From assembly GCA_963713795.1 (NCBI GenBank), contig CAVQNC010000009.1, positions 13,978-77,977 on the forward strand: a stretch of DNA of 64,000 nucleotides, in the 5' to 3' direction. The stretch is from an uncultured Chloroflexia bacterium (GTDB lineage: Bacteria; Chloroflexota; Limnocylindria; Limnocylindrales; CSP1-4). This document shows, one piece after another, positions 57,367-64,000 of the stretch. Positions within the stretch are counted from its first letter, which is position 1; each line of letters begins with the position of its first letter. The position numbers were made by a program, and so were the translations under genes. The notes below the pieces were generated by a model. It was given only the letters and a program-made list of their open reading frames with translations, did not search any database and was not told the origin of the DNA.

Positions 57367-59057
57367 GCGGCGGCCCTCCCATCGGAGGACCGGTCCCGGG
57401 CGTCGGCCAGGACTGCGCACCGCTCACCCTCAGACGACCTGGCCCGATCGGCATCTCCGCCCGGGCGTGCGAACGGCTCCAGGGCCGTGGAGTCGGTCCC
57501 CGCGCCGAATGCCGAGCCGTCCAGCGAAGACCAGGATCGTGGCAGCCAGACGGTGAACGTCGATCCGTGGCCGGGCGCGCTTTCCACTTCTATCGTGCCT
57601 CCGTGGTTCTCGATTATCTGGAGGCTGACCGAGAGGCCCAGCCCGATGCGGCCGATGCTGCCGGTCCGCGCCGAAAAGAACGGCGTGAAGATGCGGCCCA
57701 GAGTCTCATCGTCCATGCCGATGCCGTCGTCCGACACCACCACGCCGACGCGTCCCGATTCCTCGGCCGTCGTGACGTGGAGCCGTCCGCCACGCGGCAT
57801 GGCGTCGATGGCGTTGTTGAAGAGGCTCAGCAGGACCTGCCCGAGGGCGTCGGCATCCATCTCCACGCAGGCAAGATCAACGTAGTCCGCAGCGATCCCG
57901 ACGTCGGCATCCGACGCCCGGGAGCGGACGAGTTCCAGCGTCGATCGAACCAGGTCGTTCAGGTCGGTCAGGATCCTCTGCGGCTGGCGCGGCTCGGCAA
58001 ACTCGAGCAGAGCCCTGATGATGGAGCGGGCGCGGACCGCCTGGTCGCGTATCACCGCCGCCTCGTCATGACGCTCGTCGTCCTGGGACAACCCATCCAT
58101 GAGCAGCTCGGCATAGCCGAGGATCCCCGTCAGGGGATTGTTGACCTCACGGGCGACGGCCGCGGCAAGTTCGCCCATCGCGCCGAGCCTGGAGGCCTGG
58201 ACCAACTGCCGCTGAGCCCGCTGGGCCTCGACGAACTGAAGGCGGACGCGCGCCAGCAGGGCGTTGGTCTCGACGGCCACGCCGATCTGATTGGCGACGA
58301 ACCGGGTCAGGCCCACGAAGCCGGGCTCCAGGATCCTCGCGTCGCGATGGTCGAGCACGTGAAGCGAGCCCAGATCCCGACCGCGGCGGTCCAGTATCCG
58401 GATCGAGAGGCCCGCTTCGATCGGCACGTCGGCGCCGGCCATCTCCTCCCGCGGCACCGCAACGCCGACGTTGCGGCCTCCGGCGCTGTAGGACGCGACC
58501 GGGGCGGCCTCTCCCAGGCCTCCATGAGGCGCCCAGATCGGATGGCGGCTGCCCACGACCGAGGCCGCGAAGGGGCCATGAGCGGCGGCGACCGTAGCCT
58601 CCTCCTCGCCGTCTCCGAGAACAAGGAACGAAGTGGCGCCGTCGGGCGTGAGGGCCTTCAGGACGCTCAGGTACCCGGCCTGCCCGTCCCCGGTCAGGGC
58701 GAGACTCCCGGCCGCCTTCAGGACGCGGGCCAGCTCGTCGGCGCTCGAGCGCTGAGCGAGCTCGGCGGCCGTGGCCCGATCGACGGCCACCCTGGCGCGC
58801 GCTTCGGACGCCCGCAGGTCGCGCAGCCCCGACGCCAGCAGCCCGGCGACCAGGATGAGACCGGCCATGAGTGACCCGACCAAGAGCCGGCTTCCGAAGC
58901 CGGAGGCTTCCTCGAGCGCGAACAGCCCCAGGGCGATCGCCAGCGGGACGGCGGCGAGAGCGGCGACCCGGGCCCCGAATCCGGAGACAGCCGGAGTCCC
59001 TCCGCGGTTGAGCGAAGGGTCGGCGGGCAGGCCCTGCTCCCTATTGGCTGCGACCAT
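57363..59057 (-). CDS. Membrane sensor histidine-kinase-like protein (2 TM + GAF-like + HisKA/HATPase), H-box His replaced by Arg
   Basis: The HATPase N/G boxes are intact (NAIDAM, DDGIGM, GLGLS). The dimerisation/H-box reads AAAVAREVNNPL where AHE(I/L/V)NNPL is expected. The Arg codon CGT is at 58149-58151 (minus strand). Confidence 0.85.
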   Translation of the reverse strand: MVAANREQGLPADPSLNRGGTPAVSGFGARVAALAAVPLAIALGLFALEEASGFGSRLLVGSLMAGLILVAGLLASGLRDLRASEARARVAVDRATAAELAQRSSADELARVLKAAGSLALTGDGQAGYLSVLKALTPDGATSFLVLGDGEEEATVAAAHGPFAASVVGSRHPIWAPHGGLGEAAPVASYSAGGRNVGVAVPREEMAGADVPIEAGLSIRILDRRGRDLGSLHVLDHRDARILEPGFVGLTRFVANQIGVAVETNALLARVRLQFVEAQRAQRQLVQASRLGAMGELAAAVAREVNNPLTGILGYAELLMDGLSQDDERHDEAAVIRDQAVRARSIIRALLEFAEPRQPQRILTDLNDLVRSTLELVRSRASDADVGIAADYVDLACVEMDADALGQVLLSLFNNAIDAMPRGGRLHVTTAEESGRVGVVVSDDGIGMDDETLGRIFTPFFSARTGSIGRIGLGLSVSLQIIENHGGTIEVESAPGHGSTFTVWLPRSWSSLDGSAFGAGTDSTALEPFARPGGDADRARSSEGERCAVLADARDRSSDGRAAA

Positions 59058-59251
59058 GCGCGAACCCTACGGGTTGGCGCCGGCAACCGCCTCACCAACA
59101 TGGGCGATTGTTACTGGCCCGGACGGCGTAGGAGCCGCCCAACACGATCCCGCCGCCGGACGGCAGGATCGACCTCCGGCCTCGCGATCCTCGAGCTTCG
59201 GGGAGCGCGTCACGACCGGCGCGATGACGAGGGTGCGGAAGCGGCTGGGCC

Positions 59252-59923
59252 TCAGGCCGTTCGCTCGGATGATCGCGCGCGAAGGTCGGCCACCGCCGCC
59301 GGCAAGCCGGCCGGAGCGGCGATCAGCAGTTCGAGGAGCGCGTAAGCCTCACGGCGGGCATCTTCGATCGATATCGAGCCGGTCTCCATCGCTCGAACCG
59401 CAAAGCCGTCGATGAGAGTCACGAACGCCGAGGCGATCGAATCGGCATCGATCCAGCCCGGCAGCTCGCCCCGAACCAGCGCTTCCTGGAGCACGAAGCG
59501 GGAGAAGGCGACCATCTCGGTCCGCCGGTCTCGGAGGATCTGGCGCAGGTCGGGCGACTCTTCGGCGACCATCCAGGCATGGGCCCGGACGCTGCGCTCG
59601 TTGACGCCGGAAACGGCCGAGTCGACGGCAAAGTCGATTGCCGCCCGCAGGCGATCGGTGACGGGGCCGAGTTCGGCCATGCGGAGCCGCAGATCGGCCT
59701 TCTGCCGGTCGACCTCGCAGGCGCAGGCGACCAGAAAGAGCTCCTCCTTGTTCTTGAAGTACGTGTACACGGCCCCGACGGACAGGCCGCTGGCGCGGAC
59801 CACGTCCTGGACGGTGGCTCGTTGATAGCCCATCTCGCCGAAAACGTCTACGGCGGCGTCGACGATGCGCTGGCGCACCGCCTGTTCATGGGCAACCGTT
59901 ACACGTGGCATCGTCGACCTCAA
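59252..59923 (-). CDS. TetR-family transcriptional regulator
   Basis: N-terminal HTH (FGEMGYQRATVQDVVRASGLSVGAVYTYFKNKEELF). Divergent from the MMPL gene. Confidence 0.9.
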   Translation of the reverse strand: MRSTMPRVTVAHEQAVRQRIVDAAVDVFGEMGYQRATVQDVVRASGLSVGAVYTYFKNKEELFLVACACEVDRQKADLRLRMAELGPVTDRLRAAIDFAVDSAVSGVNERSVRAHAWMVAEESPDLRQILRDRRTEMVAFSRFVLQEALVRGELPGWIDADSIASAFVTLIDGFAVRAMETGSISIEDARREAYALLELLIAAPAGLPAAVADLRARSSERTA

Positions 59924-60153
59924 AACGAACCGTCGTTCACCGAATAGTAGCGCGCCCGTCCAGCGCCGCGGAAGCGTACTACGAAACGGGTAGTTGACAA
60001 AAGGAATGGAGAATTCCTATTCTCCTTGCGCCGGAACGATCTCCGGCGCGGTTCGGCCGACCGTCCATCTCGGATAGGGCATTCGGGGCTTTCCGCCCCA
60101 GGCACGCGGGGCTTTCGACCCGGCTTGCCTCGCAACTCACCAAAGGGACGGTC

Positions 60154-62604
60154 ATGTTTGCGCGTTGGGGGAGATTCGTCTATCGGCGCAGGCGCTGGGT
60201 CGCGACACTCGCGTTGCTTGTCGCCGGCCTGTCGTTCGGCTTCGCGGGACGGGCTTCGTCCGTTCTCTCGACCGGCGGCTGGTACGACCCGAGCTCCGAG
60301 TCGCAGCAGGTGGCGGCGCGGCTGGCGACCGACTTCGGCCAGGGCGGCAGCACCGTCGTGGTCCTCTTCCAGGCCAGGGGCCGCACCGACGCCGCCTCGC
60401 CGGCTTTCCAGGACAAGGTGTCCACTGCTCTGGACCGGGTCAGGACCGACTCGAGGGTCGGCGCCGTCGTCGGCTACGCCCAGACCGGCGCATCTCAGTT
60501 CGTAAGCAAGGCCGGGGACGCCACGTACGTGCTGCTCGAGCTGGACATGACCGCGGACCAGGCCATCAACGCGGTCGACGGCATCGGCTCGGAGATCGCG
60601 ACCCCGCCCGGGATGAGCGTTCAGATCACCGGCAGCGCCGCCTTGAGCGCGGCGATGTCCGCGCAATCGGAGAGCGACCTGAGCCGGGCCGAGACGATCT
60701 CCCTGCCCATCGCCCTGGTGATCCTCCTGCTGGTCTTCGGATCGCTGGTCGCGGCGGGGTTGCCGCTCTTCGTGGCCGGGCTGACCATCCCGACCACCCT
60801 GGCCATCGTCTGGGTACTGGCCCAGCGGATCACGATGAGCGTCTTCGTGTCGAGCGTCGTGACGATGCTCGGCCTGGCGCTGGCAATCGACTACTCACTC
60901 TTCATGGTCAGCCGCTTCCGCGAGGAACTGGCCTGCGGCGCGACCGTGGAGGAGGCAATCGAGCGGACCGTCGCCACGAGCGGCAAGGCCGTCGCCTTCT
61001 CAGGATCGGCCGTCGCCATCGGCCTGTCGGGCCTGCTGCTCTTCCGCGCACCCACCATCAGCTCCATGGGCATCGGGGGCGCCCTCATCGCCATATGCTC
61101 GGTGGCGTACGCGCTGACGTTCCTGCCGGCGGCGCTCTCGATCCTCGGCCCACGGGTCGAGAGGCTGCGCATCCCGAACCCATTCAGCCGGCCGACCGCG
61201 GCCGCCGGAGCGACTTCACAGTCGACATCGATCTCCACGCCCGCTTCGTCCAGCTCGACCCCACCGGTCGAGGCCGATCAAAGCAGCCCGGCGAAGCCAA
61301 GGGGACGCTGGGAGAGACTGGCGGAGGCCGTGATGGCCCGGCCGGTCGCCGTGCTCGTTCCGATCCTCGTACTTCTCCTCGCGCTCGGCCTGCCGTTCCT
61401 GGGTGCAACCCAGGGCGTCCCCGGCGCCAACGTGCTGCCCGCGGGCATCGAGGCGCGGACCGCCTGGGACACCATCGAGACGCAGTTCCCCGCCGGCGAA
61501 ACCAGCCCCATCGATGTCCTCGTGACCGTGGCGGGCGATCCTCTGTCGAGCCGGAACGCCGCCGCCCTGACCGCCTACTCGGCCCGACTCGCCGCCCTCT
61601 CGGGCGTGAGCATGGTCGAGGGGCCGTTCTCCCTCGCCGCAACGAGCGGCCAGCCGCTTCCGAGTTCGGCCGTGGCGGCGGCTCTCGCGGCCCCGGCGTC
61701 CTCGCGTCCGGCCGCCCTGAACAGCCTGCTGGCCTCGACCATCCGCGGCTCGACGGTCCACCTCCAGGTCATCAGCCCGCTGGCCGGAACCCAGGCCGCC
61801 CAGGCCCTCGTCCAGACCGTCCGCAACCTCGCTCCCGGCCCCGGCCTGTCCGTGGCCGTGGGCGGCACCGACGCCTCGGCCCTGGACTTCCTCAACGCCC
61901 AGAACGAGCAGATGCCGCTGGCGATCGGCTTCATCCTCGTCGCCATGGCCCTGATGCTGATGCTCCAGTTCGGTTCGGTGGTGCTGCCGGTCAAGGCCGT
62001 CCTGATGACGCTGCTGTCGTTGACGGCCAGCTTCGGGGCGCTCGTCTGGATCTTCCAGGACGGCCACCTGAGCGGCCTTCTTGGCTTCACGTCGCCCGGT
62101 TATACCGTCGCGACCATCCCCATCCTGATGTTCGCCGTCATCTTCGGCCTCTCGATGGACTACGAAGTCCTGCTTCTGTCACGCATCCAGGAGTCGTATC
62201 GAAAGACCGGGGACACGCGCCGGGCGGTGGCGGAAGGCCTGTCGCGCTCCGGTCGCGTGATCACCGGGGCCGCGCTGATCATGGTCACGGTCTTCGCCGC
62301 CTTCGGCCTGGCCGACATGATCGTCATCAAGAGCCTCGGCATCGGCATGGCCATCGCGGTCCTGCTCGACGCCACGATCATTCGGGCCCTGCTCGTCCCG
62401 GCCACGATGCGGCTACTCGGCCGCTGGGCCTGGTGGGCACCTGCCCGTCTCTCCCGAGTCACGCACCGCCTCGGGTTCAACCACGTGGCCACGGACTACG
62501 AGTGCGACTCGCCGGAACCAGAGACGCGACCGGAACCACCGGAGCCGGGCACGGTGGGACGACCCGGACGCCTCGCGGGACCGCCCGCCGCCGCGGCCGG
62601 ATAG
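60154..62604 (+). CDS. MMPL-family (RND superfamily) transporter
   Basis: 816 aa with two 6-TM bundles, each preceded by a soluble loop. Typical MMPL N-terminus (WGRFVYRRRRWV) and DYE/DYSLF motifs. Confidence 0.9.
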   Translation: MFARWGRFVYRRRRWVATLALLVAGLSFGFAGRASSVLSTGGWYDPSSESQQVAARLATDFGQGGSTVVVLFQARGRTDAASPAFQDKVSTALDRVRTDSRVGAVVGYAQTGASQFVSKAGDATYVLLELDMTADQAINAVDGIGSEIATPPGMSVQITGSAALSAAMSAQSESDLSRAETISLPIALVILLLVFGSLVAAGLPLFVAGLTIPTTLAIVWVLAQRITMSVFVSSVVTMLGLALAIDYSLFMVSRFREELACGATVEEAIERTVATSGKAVAFSGSAVAIGLSGLLLFRAPTISSMGIGGALIAICSVAYALTFLPAALSILGPRVERLRIPNPFSRPTAAAGATSQSTSISTPASSSSTPPVEADQSSPAKPRGRWERLAEAVMARPVAVLVPILVLLLALGLPFLGATQGVPGANVLPAGIEARTAWDTIETQFPAGETSPIDVLVTVAGDPLSSRNAAALTAYSARLAALSGVSMVEGPFSLAATSGQPLPSSAVAAALAAPASSRPAALNSLLASTIRGSTVHLQVISPLAGTQAAQALVQTVRNLAPGPGLSVAVGGTDASALDFLNAQNEQMPLAIGFILVAMALMLMLQFGSVVLPVKAVLMTLLSLTASFGALVWIFQDGHLSGLLGFTSPGYTVATIPILMFAVIFGLSMDYEVLLLSRIQESYRKTGDTRRAVAEGLSRSGRVITGAALIMVTVFAAFGLADMIVIKSLGIGMAIAVLLDATIIRALLVPATMRLLGRWAWWAPARLSRVTHRLGFNHVATDYECDSPEPETRPEPPEPGTVGRPGRLAGPPAAAAG

Positions 62605-62630
62605 TCGTTTCAGATCGTCCCTCGCGAAAG

Positions 62631-62657
62631 CGGCGGCCACGTGAGGCGTGGCCGCCG
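62631..62657. terminator. Hairpin between convergent MMPL and aminotransferase genes
   Basis: CGGCGGCCACG-TGAGG-CGTGGCCGCCG. Perfect 11-bp stem with a 5-nt loop. Confidence 0.55.
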
Positions 62658-62704
62658 GTTCCCTGCCACCGGCGGCCGGAGTTGCCGCCAGGTCGGCGGG
62701 GTCC

Positions 62705-64000
62705 TCAGCCGGTTACCTCGGCGCAGGCCCGTTCGACCGCGTCTCCCACGATCCCCGCACAGCGCTGAAGCTCCGCCTCGGTGATCACGAACGGCGGCCC
62801 GAGCAGGATGGTGTCGCCGTTCATGCCGTCGGCGTTGCCGGTGCCGTGGTACATCAGCAGTCCGGCGGCCCGGGCGTGGGCCATGACCGCCTCGATCAAC
62901 CGCGCCGATCGCGGGAAGGGCCGGCACGTGGCGCGATCGGCCACCAGCTCCAGACCGACCATCAAGCCGCGGCCCCGGATCTCGCCGACGTTCGGATGAT
63001 CTGCCAGCCGGTTCGCCAGCAGAACCTTCAACCGCTCGCCCCTGGCCGCGCTCGCCTCGACGAGGTTCTCCGTCTCGAGGATGCGGAGCACTTCCGCTGC
63101 CGCGGCGGCCCCGACCGGGGAGTGGCTGTACGTGAACCCGTGGACGAAACCGCCGCCCTTCGTGACCGTCTCGTATACGGCGCCGCTCGCCACGGCCAGA
63201 CCGAACGGGAAGTAGCCCCCGGCGGCGCCCTTGGCCGCGGCCATGACGTCCGGCCGCACGCCCCAGTGGTCGACCCCGAACCAGCGTCCGGTCCGCCCGA
63301 AACCTGTCATGACCTCGTCGGCGACGAGCAGCACGCCGTGGCGCCGGCAGACCTCGGCGACGGCGGGCCAGTACCCGTCAGGAGGGACGACCGCGCCGAG
63401 CGTGGCGCCGACGATCGGCTCCGCCACGAAAGCGGCCACTCTCCCCCGCCCCGCTGCGGCGATGGCCGACTCCAGGTCGGCGACCAGCCGGTCCACGTCT
63501 CCGAGGGCGTGGGCGGCGGCCTCTCCAGCCCTGTAGGCATATGCGGCGCTTACGTGCTCGAAGCGCCCGAGCCACGGCTCGTACGGCCCGCGGAGCGGCT
63601 TCCGGCCGGAGAGATCCAGCGCCCCCAGCGAGTTTCCGTGGTAGCTCCCCCAGCGGGCGATGACGACCGTCCGGTCGGGTTCGCGGCGGGCCAGGTGGTA
63701 AGACCGGACAAGCTTCAGGCAGCTCTCGATCGCCTCGGACCCGCCGCTGACCGGATAGAGGGCCGGCTCGTCCAGCGGCAGATGTCGACCGACCGCACGG
63801 GCGTAGGCCTCGAGCGGCTCGCTGGTGAAGGTCGTCCCGTGGACGTATGTGAAGAGGCCGGCCTGGCGCGCCATTGCGTCGACTACCGACTGCCGCCCGT
63901 GGCCCACGTTGACGACGATGGCGCCGCCGGCGGCGTCGAGATACGAGCGGCCTTCGGTATCCCAGATCGTGCAGCCCTCGGCGCGGGCGGCCACGGGCAA
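62705..64000 (-). CDS. Class-III (omega-type) PLP aminotransferase, N-terminus beyond the window edge
   Basis: VNVGHGR, YHGNS, DEVMTGFGRTG, AAKG.AGGY blocks. The ORF is open at 64000. Confidence 0.88.
   Translation of the reverse strand: MPVAARAEGCTIWDTEGRSYLDAAGGAIVVNVGHGRQSVVDAMARQAGLFTYVHGTTFTSEPLEAYARAVGRHLPLDEPALYPVSGGSEAIESCLKLVRSYHLARREPDRTVVIARWGSYHGNSLGALDLSGRKPLRGPYEPWLGRFEHVSAAYAYRAGEAAAHALGDVDRLVADLESAIAAAGRGRVAAFVAEPIVGATLGAVVPPDGYWPAVAEVCRRHGVLLVADEVMTGFGRTGRWFGVDHWGVRPDVMAAAKGAAGGYFPFGLAVASGAVYETVTKGGGFVHGFTYSHSPVGAAAAAEVLRILETENLVEASAARGERLKVLLANRLADHPNVGEIRGRGLMVGLELVADRATCRPFPRSARLIEAVMAHARAAGLLMYHGTGNADGMNGDTILLGPPFVITEAELQRCAGIVGDAVERACAEVTG

Noticed and set aside
60165-62768. 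867-aa same-strand, off-frame ORF overlapping the MMPL transporter gene.
   Set aside because: The translation is Arg/Gly/Pro-rich with no hydrophobic segments. The alternative frame (60154-62604) gives a textbook MMPL protein.

Overview
Very GC-rich (high 60s % by eye, not computed), gene-dense chromosomal segment with about 60 supportable CDS. Features point to a high-GC bacterium like Actinomycetota or Chloroflexota: MMPL+TetR, sufB-sufD-Rieske, GTP-dependent PEPCK, strong GGAGG RBSs, and many GTGA/ATGA-coupled gene junctions. Taxonomy cannot be settled from the sequence alone. I saw no rRNA, tRNA, CRISPR array, transposase, integrase or phage genes. Many long ORFs in the track are Arg/Gly/Pro-rich antisense or off-frame shadows of real genes and were discarded. 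Housekeeping and ordinary content, in order:
- 0.1-20 kb: ABC solute-binding lipoprotein, PiT phosphate transporter, OmpR-type regulator, gltX, asparaginase-II family, a degenerate Lgt paralog with a perfect 27-bp x5 repeat, mdh, pckG, lgt, ubiE/menG with Lrp, a cupin, ornithine-cyclodeaminase family, Rieske-sufD-sufB.
- 20-24 kb: a secreted transglycosylase-like protein, glgX, a YcaQ/AlkZ-like protein.
- 54-64 kb: OsmC, a histidine kinase plus REC-HD-GYP pair, TetR+MMPL, a class-III aminotransferase.
Two accessory metabolic blocks stand out.
- (1) 24.4-36.2 kb: a sugar-phosphate/diketone cluster. It holds RpiB plus a non-canonical TIM paralog, a 2-hydroxyacid dehydrogenase, clear LsrK- and LsrF-like genes and an Rpe/LsrE-like gene. 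It also holds two SDRs, a VOC protein, a SorC/LsrR-type regulator, a xylose-isomerase-fold protein and a frameshifted aldo-keto reductase. There is no Lsr transporter and no LsrG.
- (2) 36.3-54.4 kb: a divergent supercluster around a YhfZ-like regulator. One arm encodes E1alpha, E1beta, a RuBisCO-like protein and a catalytic-domain-only E2, all translationally coupled, followed by a cyclase-family protein and a DUF4432-like protein. The other arm encodes an APC permease, a free-standing 89-aa lipoyl-domain protein, a frameshifted FGGY kinase, three tandem D-threonine-aldolase/DSD1-like PLP enzymes, a second APC permease, a SnoaL-like protein and an orphan jelly-roll-like protein.
The RuBisCO-like protein embedded in a split lipoyl-dependent dehydrogenase system is my best candidate for an undescribed pathway.
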